Below the pieces are notes generated by a model. The model was not told where the DNA came from and did no database searches. It saw only the letters and a list, made by a program, of their open reading frames with translations. The position numbers and the translations under genes were made by a program. A stretch of DNA of 64,000 bases from Podarcis liolepis. Taxonomy: Eukaryota. Shown here piece after piece: positions 39,378-51,400 of the stretch; position 1 is the stretch's first letter; the number at the start of each line of letters is the position of its first letter. The stretch lies in NCBI GenBank assembly GCA_965112155.1, contig OZ218103.1; one strand, given 5' to 3'.

Positions 39378-40264
39378 CAGTGTTTCCCAACCGGTGTTCC
39401 GCGGCACACTAGTGTGCCGCCGAACATTGCCTTGTGTTCCGTGGGAGGGAGACGGGCGAGTCGGGCGGCGAGAGGCGGGGCGGCGGCGGCGAGCACACGC
39501 GGGGCGGCGAGCGAGCGAGCTCCCACATCCCATCGCCGCTCGCTTCGGCCGGCCTACTGGAGGAAGGCGCGAAAACCCGGCGGGCTTTTGGGTGGGCGCC
39601 AAGCAAGAAAGGCGGGAAGGCTCTGGTCCCTCCCCTCCCGGCGGGGCTCCCGCACGCACCTTTCTGCGCCGCCGCGTCCCGCCTAAGCAGCAACAGGAGG
39701 AGGAGGAGGGAGGCCAGCGCCGGCCGGGTCCCCCGGGGGAGCGGGCGCTCCGGGCTGCTCACCATACCCCGCGTCTCGGGCGCAGCAGCCAGCAGTCCGA
39801 ATGCATCCCGAGCCGCGCTGCTCTCGCCTTGCCTCCTTCTTCGCGCCTCCTCCCGGCTCGCGCGCCGTCCCTGCGCGGATCCGTCCAGCCTCCGGCCGCC
39901 GCCGCCGCCCCCTCCTCTTCCTCTCCTTCCCCCACCCACCAACCCGCACGGCGCGCTCCCACCGCCCCCGATGGGCGCAACCACTTCCGGGTCCGCTGCA
40001 GCCGCCCCTTCCCCGCCTCCGGCAGCCGAAAGTCCCCCAGCGGAGCCCGTCTGGCCACTCCCCCCGCTCCCTGCCCACCTCCCGGTGTTGAGGCGCCCTC
40101 TTTCGTTGCTTCGCGGGGAGGGAAAAAACTTTGACTTTTGTGCGTCCCTCCCGGCGTGACGCTGCGCGCTGACGTCACGGGGCGGGGCTTTAATGGTGGT
40201 GTGCCGCGAGATTTTTTTCCGGTAAACAGGTGTGCCGTTGCCCAAAAACGTTTGGGAAACACTG
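39378..40264. mobile_element. Non-autonomous hAT (Buster/Charlie-type) DNA transposon carrying a GC-rich cargo (Pack-TIR-like)
   Basis: Left end CAGTGTTTCCCAA (39378-39390) and right end TTGGGAAACACTG (40252-40264) form a perfect 13-bp TIR. Identical 8-bp TSD GTCTATAG at 39370-39377 and 40265-40272, with central TA fitting the NNNTANNN preference of Buster-type hATs. Subterminal GTGT(G/T)CCG(C/T) repeats at both ends. No transposase ORF. Confidence 0.93.
39444..40192 (-). promoter_or_regulatory. CpG island resembling a Pol II promoter, 5'UTR/first exon and start of intron 1, held as cargo inside the hAT
   Basis: Very GC- and CpG-dense by eye. GC box GGGGCGGGGC 40179-40188; CRE TGACGTCA 40170-40177; half-CRE TGACG 40157-40161; ETS-type CCGGAAGTG on the minus strand 39982-39990; (GCC)n run near 39895-39909; minus-strand donor ATG|GTGAGC with exon end at 39763. 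Confidence 0.75.
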
Positions 40265-40339
40265 GTCTATAGAGCCGGTGTCTGTAACCCACACACACAA
40301 AAAGACTCCCAGGCAATTAGAGATGTTTGCATAATTAGA

Positions 40340-40565
40340 TGTCAATGTGTGCAGGCCATTCCTCTTCCGGCCCTTTCTTCATCTTGCCGCTTGGCTGCAG
40401 GGGCCATCCAGCCTGACAGTGCTGCTATTTAATGTCAGGTCAATTCATAATAAGATCCCACTTATCCATGATTTGATCATGGACAAGGTAGCCAACCTGG
40501 TTTGTATTAATTACCAAGACTTAAGTGGGTAAGCTGGGTGGACTGAATTTGACCCAGCTGTGCCT
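40340..40565 (+). mobile_element. L2-clade LINE endonuclease N-terminal fragment
   Basis: Peptide LTVLLFNVRSIHNKIPLIHDLIMDKVANLVCI resembles the APE endonuclease start motif LLNARS..NK...I.DLI....DL.CITETW. Confidence 0.75.
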
Positions 40566-42929
40566 GAGTGGGCCTTATTTATTTAAGGATGGTGCAACAG
40601 TGTGCAATCCTTAATGGTGGAGCTTCAGGGGCTTATGTTGGTTCTTTTTGCCCTCTTTATAACCATGTTTTGCATTTCTTCAAATATGGCAGCACTACTC
40701 CTGCATATTTATATTCTCTGTTAATCATGACATCATGAGTGGAAACAGGGCAAGCCAAACAGTGCTGAAGGGCAACAAAATCAATCCAAGCTTCTCATTA
40801 AAAGGTAAAAGCGTCAATAATCTTTGTCAGGCCTTTTTATCTTGTGGTTTAGCACACTGTGATCCCTTAGGCAACAACTGTTATTGAGATTTTAAAATGA
40901 TCCTTGATTTCACATCTCCACCAGATTAACTCTTTGGCTACCTGATGAACATTAACATTGCCACTTCCAGCACCTAAGGGCAGCCATGCAATAAAGCAGC
41001 AGCTTCCTGAAATCTGAGATCAGAAATGATCTGTGGCAGGTATCTAATACCAGTTGCTGTACAGCGAGAGTCAGCAAACACAAACTATGGCTCCCACCAT
41101 CCCTTGCCATTGCCCATGCTTGTGAGTTTCAGTGCAGCAGCATCTGCAAGGGCCAAAGGTTCTCAACCCCTGCTGTAATGAATGTAATGGAACAATTTAC
41201 ATTTTGGAAAATAATTATTTTAGGTAATCCCTTCATTTTCACTTATTTTTCCTATTAATCACAAAGTTTTAAACTTGTTTCCCAGCTCTTTCCAAGGCTT
41301 ACCCTTTTATGTAAATTTCTATTCTTTCCATCCATTTGTATCCTTAAAGGATGTAGAGCCTGGTTGAACCACACAACCTTTTGCAGACAATTATCATGCT
41401 CAATATCCTCTTTCTAAATTAAAAACAGCAACCCTGTGATTTATTTCCCTGTTCTTTCCAAGTTCTGGGAGTGTGCCAAGCCACTGCAGTGGGTAAAAGA
41501 GGGGGAAAGATACTCAGGTGTACTGCAGGGGAGCCAGATGTCACTATTGAAAACCTTGCTTCTTGCACCTTTCTAAATCCCAATTGATGTTCTGCATGAA
41601 TGGGACCATCCGAACACATTTAGAATTTTGTACTAGGTGAAATTCAGTGGCAACTATTCTATGATTGAGTGGGTTGCAGGACTGCTAGCCAGTGATCTCT
41701 GTCAAGCCCGGGTACTGCACATCTGACCCAAAATATTGCAGAGTAATATTACTGCTAGGTAGCATTTTGCAATTATGGAATAGGTGGCTTAAACTCTACA
41801 GTCTGACTCTCTCATACATAGAAGACAATGAAATGGATGACTGTTTTCCACTGCCATGTCAGATTCTTTATTTCATTCACAGAAGCAAAACTTCAGGAAT
41901 TGCAGTAGTGAAAATGATTCTAAATTGTCACATTTTTCAATACCGCATTACATTGAAACCTGTGTTTTTATCAGCCTTCCACAGACACACTTTATTTTAG
42001 CTGTGATGTGACTCCCTCCTGTATAGGATTAAAAATAAATACAGTTTCCTAAAAGTAGAACCTAGCCTCCTCCTCTAAAAGTGAAGAAATTCTGTTGAGA
42101 AAAAGAGAGAAGAGAACAGCAACAGAATACAGTTTATAGGAAGTCTTCTAAAAACTAGCATTCATTTATTAGACAACTCCCCTCTTGCAGGAAAACAGCA
42201 TCTATCTACCAATGCACAGGCACTTAACTTAATCAACAGCCTTCTTCTAGCAGTAGAGTATGAATGCAGAATTGCAGAATAAACATTCTGATTTATTACA
42301 CTTGCTACAACTGGATAGCATTTTATGATAATTATATACACTGTGCTTATATCATTGAAAGGGTTTTTGAAAATTCCCCCTCCCCCTTAAATGTTGATTT
42401 TGGGTCACAAAAGCCTATATGTAGAAAATAATTTGTATTTGAAAACATTTAATTTGAAAAATTAATTATACAACACTTCCTATATTTGTGCTTTTCATTC
42501 ATCCTTACCAGGACCTTGTGAGGTCACTGTAGTTTATTTATAGAAGAAAAACTGAGACAGATGATTAGATCAGCCAGTGAAGTTATGGCTGAGATGCATT
42601 TGGAACTAAAGTTTGCACAAAAGCCGTGTATTTTGCATACTCCAGTCAGGTGTTCATTGAACAACCAAAAAAGTAGGCTGTGCTCCAGGGAAATGGAATA
42701 TGTTTTCTAGGGTAGGATGGGGGATGCTAGCTTATTCAATTAGGAAACCAAGCCATTTGAATTGCGTAGTCAAGACTTGTCCCTGTCCGCCACATAGCCG
42801 GCAGTAGAGATTATTGTAGGTTGAAGGCTCCTGCAGTTCTAGACCATGAGGAACGGTGCCTCCAAACCCCAGAGTGGGAGCTAAATTTGGTGCCAACAAA
42901 GATGGTGGTAGCAAAATATTCCATGGGAA

Positions 42930-43095
42930 ATGCTTCTGAATACCAATTGCTGGAAACCACAGGAGAGGAGAGTGCTCTTGTGCTCAGGTCTTGTTTATGG
43001 GGTTCCAACAGGCGTCTCACTGACCACCACGAGAAGAGAACACTGGACAAGATGGGCCATTGGTCTGATCCAGCAAGCTCTTCTTCTGTTCTTAT
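42930..43095 (+). mobile_element. CR1-type 3'UTR fragment
   Basis: TGCTTCTGAATACCAATTGCTGG...CTCTTGTGCTCAGG...GATGGGCCATTGGTCTGATCCAGCAAG...TTCTTA; homologous to 15260-15358. Confidence 0.65.
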
Positions 43096-45663
43096 ATTTC
43101 AAAAGCCCCTGTCATTGGACTGTGCCACCACTATTGATATATATTTGGAGGAAGTATCTGGTTCTACAGAACCTCTATAGACACTTCTGACTTTTGTGCA
43201 GCTGGGATTTAGCCTGCTAAACAGCACTTCACCCACTTTGCCTCTGGTCCAGTACTACCATGTGGCCTCCAGACAGTTATCTGGGAGGTAATGTGGCTCT
43301 AGGGCTGAAAAGAGTTTCCCCACCCCTTTTCTACCTATTCTACCACATTCCACATTGATGGGACTCACTGGGAGTTCCTTGCCCTCCAAAGCCTAGAGGT
43401 GGCATTGCAGCCCATACCAGCTCCAAAACAAAGTCAGTCTGCAAATACTGCAGCTAATGCCTGCATAAAAGGGCATGGCAATAAGATCTAAGATTTTCCT
43501 AATAGCAGGTATTGCATTCAAGATAATACAGAAAAAGGGCAAAACATATATATATGAAGAATTATAGCCTATGCAAATGAACAAAAGAGGCTTCCAGTCT
43601 TGTTTCAGCCACCCCAATGCTGCCTATTTTGCCAGCACTATGCAACCCTCTTATGGAAAGGGTCACACTGCTTTTCTTGATGTGGTCGGCTGGTGCATTA
43701 CAAACAGTCATTTCAGGACTAAAAGGCTAATGAAAGCATATAAATTTGTATCTATTAGTCTTTAGTCAGCATTCTGTCTCTGTCGAGGCTAAGCAAATGA
43801 ATATTTTAACTGTGGCATTTAGATTAATTTTATGCTGTAAATTGCCTATATTCACATATGAGATTTCTGGAGCTGATCTTTAACAAAAATTAACTCAAAT
43901 AGAAGGCCACAGATATCTAGCAGACTTCGCTGAGATTTATTTAAAAAATTTTTTTGCCATTGAGCCTACTTATGTAAATAAAACAGAACAGCTGAGCGAC
44001 CAAATGCACAGCAGCATTAGTCTTCAAATGTGGCATTTGAATAGACAACTGGGGGGGGGGGGAATCTATGGATGCACCTGACTGAGGGACTTGCATCAAA
44101 ACTGTATCCAGAAAGCAGGTAATGAGAGGTTTTTGGAAATATTTTATTATGGGCATGATAAATAGTTCAGGACTAGATTCATATTACTGATTTGTCTCAC
44201 GTCAAAATGCATGACCCTGTATTCACTCCTACACACTCATGTGCACACCTACAAATGCACACAATAATTTGCATCACTTTATCTCTCCATGTACATCTGG
44301 TTTGTTTCTGATACATAAACAGATGCACCCTTTCCTTCTGGTACACAGGAGCAATTTCCCATCAAGTGGTAACAGTGGAATAGTGCAAAGAGAGAACCCT
44401 CTGCTATTTTTCCATATTCAATAAAAAATAAAGATGTGGAGAAAGAAGTCTGCTTCCTACCCCATCTCTTCTCCTGCTTTCCGCAATCATGGCTTCCAGC
44501 ATGGAACAAGATCCTCAGAAAAGAGCTCAGCATCTATTGAAACTGTTTTGGTGGGCAGGACCAGTTCAGGACATTTTTCTGCCCAAGGCAAAGCCCACAT
44601 CCAGGTCATACAGGAGTGGACCTGACCGGCAGCTGACTCTAGTTTCAACACTCATGATGCTACAATGTCCTCCAGAGGACCTGAGCATAGGTGACTGGCT
44701 TTGGAGGTGCATGGCATGACAAGTGGCATCAACAGCTCTGTCCCCCAAACCTCTTTGCTGCTTCCAAGCATCAGTCACCTGGGACCGCCACTTCATCCTG
44801 CCTAATGATAGTGTTGGCCTTGCTGATAGGATTGCTTTCAATATCTGGACCAATCTGTGCTAATTAAAGGACATTTCTCTCTTTGAGATAGGCTTTCCTG
44901 ACCCAATGCCCGCAATGGTCAGTCATCACTGATCATTGTCCATGGTGGCTGGGATAATTGAAGTTGCAGTTCTGGAACAGCTGGAAGCACTTGATATACC
45001 TTTATCTTCAGCCAAGCCTTTGGCCTGATCTCCTGTTTCCCTAGCCTCCTACAGCCTGATTTCCTATCATTCCTGACTGTCCCTATCCCTCTATCTAAGA
45101 GTGACTATAAATGCCCTGTGCAAAATGCAGACTGTGCCACTTCTACATTCTGCAGAAGGCAGATATTAAACAGAAGAAGCAATGGCATATATTTTTCTGT
45201 TTTTTAAAAAAGCTAGCCTACCATAAATAATCTTTGTAATACCTTCTGAAATGCTGATGTTGATAAAAGTGTGAAGAGCTTACATCCTCTTTTTCACTGA
45301 TAACCATAAACAGTTACATTTTCCTAGCCTGTGTGTTTCAGTTGTATACCAAACAATATTTACTTGGGTGACTTGTGTGCAATGTAGAAACTAGTCAGAA
45401 GGCTTGAGAATGATGCTCATTTGCTTCCTTGCCTTTGGCAAGCAGGGAGAAGTCAAGACTAACTGGAGAGATACCGTTCTACTATTACAAATTTATTTTC
45501 CATAACAAGAAGCTGTCATTGTCCTGAGGATCCTGTATTTCTAAGATAAAGATGAAAAGATGTTCTTATCATCATGACAACCATATTTACTTCCAGCTTC
45601 CACAGCCATGTACAATATGTAGAACCATGTATTGTCACCGTACATTGAAAAACAGAGTAATGA

Positions 45664-45666
<3 letters not shown>

Positions 45667-45696
<30 letters not shown>
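45667..45696. repeat. (GA)n microsatellite
   Basis: Directly visible. Confidence 0.95.
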
Positions 45697-45699
<3 letters not shown>

Positions 45700-47359
45700 T
45701 GAAAATAAAAGGCACCACTGGGAAAATAACGTAGCATAATCATTTTGAGTACCCCTAGGAAAGTATTTGACCCATATAGGCTGACTCCAATATCGGATGG
45801 ATGCATTTGCAATACTACTGCTTTTGAGGACCCATCTTTGACTGACTAGACATTTGGTGTGAAAAAGAGATCATTTGCGATTCATCGTATGTCAGGCTTC
45901 AACTTTGCTTCATGTGTTAAGTGCAACGAATGTCTAATGCCCTATGAAAAGGCAGGCAACTCTGTTCAAACTTGTGTGCTTGAGTATTCTATATGGGTGA
46001 CGACTTGCATAAAAAGCATTTGCATTGATCAGGACTGGGTCTATCATGTACAGCAAGTGAACGTTGCTCGGAAAAAAACTTGAATGTTCAGATCCTAGCA
46101 GCTAATCTGGAGTTTTGTCAGAACAGGCAAATAATTCAGGATAACCTCCTCTAGTAAACAGCTTAATCACATTTGTTATAAAACACAGAAAAGCTGGGTT
46201 GGAGGCAATTTCTTTCACTTTTATATCATTATATATATGTCACATAACATTATGTTTAATGGCTTAACTTCCCCTTGTTTGAAGCTTCACTGGGGTGCTC
46301 TCCGTACCTTATTTTTAAAAATAAATTTCAAAGTGTCGGTGTCACTGCTTCAAACTATGGAGTAACAGCATCAGCCAAAAGGATAGCTGACATTTTTGTT
46401 GCCATAGAAACTACTCATGATGTTCCTTGGGCTTGCCTGGCTCCCTGTTTACCATACATCTTAGCCAGCTATTGAGCACACTCCCCTTTTGTTTTGCGAG
46501 GAATTACATTAAAATATAATTCCATCTTAGTGTAGTCCCCTTTTTGTTGCAAAGAGGATTACAGAATGTTAAGATACATACCAAGGAAAGTGCAAAGTGT
46601 TGATAATATTGCTGTATGGTTTTTGTGCATTGTTTTTGGATTTTTTTGAAAAAGGAGAGGAAGAAACAGATAACGTTACTTATATTTTCTCTAAAAGATT
46701 TCAAGTTATTTGTCAATAAAGCACTCCTCAACTTCAACAGAGCAGTCAAAGAAGAGGCACTTGTGTGAATAACTAAAACCAAAAAGGGAAAAAAGAAAGG
46801 GCTCCATAGTTTTGTAATGCGTTATCAGGATTTTACAACGTGATATAGAAACTCCTTAGCGCTCCTATCAAGTATCTTCATACAGAGAGGTCCCACTGAC
46901 CGCAGAGAAATTTTCTCAGAGTTAAGATGAGAAGTCTCACAAGACAGATGTGTATTGTAACACAAGTTGTCTTATATTCCAATCCAAAGAGCTGACACAT
47001 TGACATAGACTCTTGCAATAGATCCCAAGCACTGACACAATGGAATACTTCATCCCCTTGCACCGTTATGGATGCCTTCTGTTAGCGCAGCAGCCAACTA
47101 CTGTGCCACCACTTTCCTGAGACTGCTGCATGTTACTGCTACTGACCAGTAGGCCACAGACAGGCTACATGTTACTTACAGTAGAGCAGCCATGTTGATA
47201 TCTTTAAGCAAGTGCCAGCCAACAGGAATGTGTGATACTTGTGTGGAGAGATACAGGAACTCTGTGTGGTGAACTTCTCTATGTTTCATCCCCTCTTTTG
47301 TAGTGGCTGCTATTTGGAAACATTTCCTGGTGACTTCTTTACAGTAGAGGTAATGTTAG

Positions 47360-47426
47360 TTGAGATACTTTCATTGCAGGGGGTTGAACTAGATGATCCT
47401 CAGGTTCCTTCCACCTCTATGATTCA
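47360..47426 (+). mobile_element. CR1 extreme 3' end fragment
   Basis: CATTGCAGGGGGTTGAACTAGATGATCCTCAGGTTCCTTCCACCTCTATGATTC; homologous to the reverse complement of 9195-9258. Confidence 0.7.
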
Positions 47427-47504
47427 AAGACTTGGGAGAATAGAAAGAATCCCCTGCTGCCAGCTCTGAGAATCCTGAGGCGAGCCTCCCCTGGGCTGCC
47501 TCTT

Positions 47505-47758
47505 GAAGAAAGAAGAAGAAGAAGAGTTTGGATTTGATATCCCACCTTTCACTCCCTTTAAGGAGTCTCAAAGCGGCTAACATTCTCCTTTCCCTTCCTC
47601 CCCCACAACAAACACTCTGTGAGGTGAGTGAGGCTGAGAGACTTCAAAGAAGTATGACTGGCCCAAGGTCACCCAGCAGCTGCATGTGGAGGAGCAGAGA
47701 CTCAAACCCGGTTCCCCAGATTACGAGACTACCGCTCTTAACCACTACACCACACTGG
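47505..47758 (-). mobile_element. tRNA-derived CORE-type SINE (Squam3-like), near full length
   Basis: On the minus strand: A box TGGTGTAGTGG (47742-47752), B-box-like GGTTTGAGTC (47699-47708), CORE-like GGGTGACCTTGGGCCAGTCA, L2-like 3' end and a (TTC)n tail. Family name is from recall. Confidence 0.85.
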
Positions 47759-47784
47759 TGAGCCCTCTTAACCACTACAGCACT

Positions 47785-48420
47785 CTTATGAGCCCTCAGG
47801 CTGAGCTCCAGGCAGCAGATTGGTCAGGGATAGGTCAAGTCACCTTACAGTCCTCAAGTGTGCAGGCATCTAAAGATTCAAATCTTGGCCGCAGGCCTAC
47901 AACAAGGTGCATGCCTGAAGAACTCAAAGTCATTGTTATGGAGGTATAAAGAGCTGCTTGAGAGAATGGGTACATTTCAAGAGGAAGGGCTATCAGAACA
48001 TATCAGTGGCAGATGGGATTAGGGATCCTCCCTGGGAGGCCTTTGAGCAGGCATATGCAAACTCAGCCCTCCAGATGTTTTGGTCCTGTTACCTAGGGAT
48101 GATGGGAGTTGTAGTCCCAAAATATCTGGAAGGCCGAGTTTGCCTATGTCTGCCTTTGAGCTTCTGAGTTGCTGGAACAGCACATGTACTCTGTACAACT
48201 TAGCTGCTTGTTCTGGCTTCCTAGCCTTCCTGATCTTGTGCTATTGGCCCTTGGATCCCTGATGATGGAATACTGCCTACTTTTGGACTGTCTGTGTTAT
48301 CTTTGTTGTATGACTCTGCTATTGGACCATGCCTGCTCTTGGACTGCCTCACTGTACTTAATATCGGCTTTGCAAGACAATGCATTTCTCAGTTGCCCTG
48401 ATATCTGACTGCTACCAGAA
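47785..48420 (+). mobile_element. Possible old LTR-like sequence interrupted by a MITE
   Basis: TATAAA near 47945 followed by recurrent TTGGAC/GACT motifs as in squamate Gypsy-type LTRs; termini not identified. Confidence 0.35.
48048..48152. mobile_element. Fold-back hAT MITE (same family), internally deleted
   Basis: TIR CAGGCATATGCAAACTC / GAGTTTGCCTATGTCTG; perfect 8-bp TSD CCTTTGAG at 48040-48047 and 48153-48160. Confidence 0.88.
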
Positions 48421-51400
48421 CAAGGCAGGGCATTCACATACCAGCCAAATCGTGGGGGTGTGGCTGTGAGGCACACTGTGCTAGCCCATGTGGTGATCAT
48501 CTGAACCACTCGTGTAATGAGACCATACATATGACAGTATATTGATATAGAGCATTCATGAGCTATGTTGATTCATACAAAAATTGTGTGTGTGTGTTAT
48601 ATTCATAAGAATATTATACAATACTACTTTTTAAGAAACACACCATTTAAAATAAATAAAATAATGAATATATATTGAAATGTTCTGCAAAACGCTCAGT
48701 GTGAATGGCCTCCCTGCTCCTCTGGGCTGGACGACGCTCTGCCTGGGCTGGACGAAAATGGAACTGAGTTTCTCAAAGCAGTTACTTGCTACCACAGCTA
48801 GTGGAACCAGAGAAATTTGAAAGCCACACCATGCAGAGAGCGTAGTAAATTGTTTTCCAAACAAAACCAGGCGATACAAAGAGGCACGTTTTCAAACAAT
48901 GCAAGTTTCAGCAAAAGCTGCATGTTGGTCTGAATTTCCTGGGTTTGACTAGCAGGTTAATTTAGCATGCTCTGTTGCATCAGTTTGTTGAGTTATGCTA
49001 TGTAGCAAGCTGTCACACTGTAGAAAGCATGACGTATCATCCCAGTGAGGCATGAAATTAGAAAGATGTGCCTTGCTGGGTGAACCCTGGATCAACCAAA
49101 CTTGATTTTCACTCAAACCACGGTTTTTGTTTTCTTCAAGTTTTGCGAAGCAAAAACAAATACTGTAGAGAAACGCCCCTAGCTCAGCAGTGCCAAGACC
49201 CTGGCTCCACACTGGCATGTTCCCCATCAAGTATATACATCTATTTGGATATCAGGAACTACAGAGGAAGCAGTAGGGAAAAGAAGGGCCTGAGTTGTTG
49301 CATAAGCTCTACCAAATAACCCTCATCTGCCTCAGAAACTGACAATTCCTATTGTTTGCTTTGGCTATTAATCAGATTTCAATACAGTGCAGGTTATTAT
49401 TTTTATCATGTGGACTATTTATTATATGAAATTTTATATAGACCAGTCCCCAATCAACCCACTTAATGGAGGGGGGGGGATACAAATGAAGTAAACAATC
49501 ACAATATTAGTTTGGATCCAAAGATGCCCTTCTATGACTAGAAGAGCTGCTTCTATATGCAGGAGGATGGGCAATCCATTGGAGGCAGCCATAGACCAAA
49601 AGCTGGAGTAGAAATTTCCCCCAGTAGTTTTATGTGCTATTTCCAGTGCTGTTTCAGAGGTCCTCCAATGTGTTCAGGGGGCTCAGGAGAAAGGGACAAA
49701 AGGCAAAAATCTCAGACAAGCATCCATCTGTGAATGGAATGCTTGATCATGGGATCTCTGGCTCCAACCGTGTGCAGAGACATGCCTCAGGTTTATATGC
49801 AACTCTGGCTTGCTTAGTTTTGTATTGCTATGTCACCCCATGCTTCTTATAATTTGAACTGAGTATATAATTGCTGGCACAGTATTTTAAAGGCAGGGGA
49901 CAAATTTCCCTTTCAGCCTATTTGACTACTAATTAAAGCAAGATATATATATAGGCTGCAGGTGAGAACTGCAAATGTTTTTTCTAAAAAAAAATGACAC
50001 AGGTCTCCAAATGTGAGAAATTCCCAACACAGATAATTGGGGGGGGGGGCTTTGAATCACTGTATTTGACAAGTACAGGGGGAAATTGGTTTAGTATGTC
50101 TGACATGTGAACTCAGAAGGCAGACCTGCTGAGTTCAATGGTGCCAGGTCCATGGGCCTAGGCCTGCAACCTAATTGTAGAAATGTAACAAAGAAAAAGA
50201 TATTTTGCTTTATCCATGTCTGACAATTGAGAGAAATGGATGAATGTATCCAAGAATAATCCAAATCAATAAAACATGTGGGAACTCATTAATATCTATT
50301 ATTCAAATATTACGAACCAGAAACATATGCATTTTTAAAAAATGTTTTAAAGTGTTTAAATTTCAATAAAACACCTAAGCACCATTTGATAAAATGCACT
50401 TTCTGCACTATTATTACGTTAATCTTTGTTTTCCACAAAATTCCTTCATAATATAGCATTTCTCATTTCAATAATTTTTTTAAGATAAAAAATAAACCAT
50501 CATACTGAATATGTGCTTTAAGCAAACCTAATAAAACTGTACTTCAAACAACCTTTGCTGAGCCTGTCACTGATAGAAATGTTGTCCTTCAGTTGGTATT
50601 GCATCCCTCATTTCCTTTCATTTATAAAGTTGAGCTGACATTAAGTTTGGTTAATTTCATATATGTGCCTCTAGTTTCTTCAGTCTGGCTTTACAGTTCC
50701 CATGTACATTTGAGGATTTAGAGTGAATTACTGGGCAGAGCTTGACTTCTGACTAGGAATCTTATTAAAGCATTGCCTCAGGGAAGGGTTTTTAATGCAG
50801 CATAAATTATCGTGTCAGTTTTCAGCGACAGCATGGTATTTGCCTTCTTTTTTTGTCTTCTTTCCTCTGTTAACTTTTGAATAACACAGTGTGCAAGCTG
50901 TCAGATGAGTAGGGGAGAGATTGGGGGAGGGGATCTGTAAAGCAAAGAGGTTGATATGTGCAAATGCACACACGAACACACATAGCTGAATGAAGAATGC
51001 ATTGCCAATTTACTTAGAATGGGCCTGCCAAAAATGGGCATTATACTTACCTTCCTGCTCTTTAAAATTATTTGGCTGAGGTACATAAGAAGAACTCTCT
51101 ACAGATTATAAACCTTTTTTCCCCCAAGGCCTATGCATGTGCATTTAGGATACAAATTTATAGCTCAAATACAAACTGGTGTGTTTTTTTTTTGGGGGGG
51201 GGGATCAAAATCTAGAATTAGGCATGACCTGTATGAGGTCCAATTAAAATACCACACAGTACTAAGCAAGCTTTTCAGTTGTCTAGAACTTTTAATCAGA
51301 CTGGATTCAACTAAAATAAATTAGGGCAATAGAGAAAGCTGGCTGAATGTTGAAGCCAGAAAGTCCATGGAACTTTGTGGGACTTACTCCAGCTAAAATC

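Noticed and set aside
39444-40192. Native promoter of a resident gene
   Set aside because: It is enclosed by TIRs and a perfect TSD, and no recognisable coding exons follow on either strand.
39329-40316. Many long overlapping ORFs (up to 278 aa) on both strands
   Set aside because: Artefact of extreme GC content with few stop codons; low-complexity Pro/Arg/Gly/Ala products; several cross the transposon boundaries.
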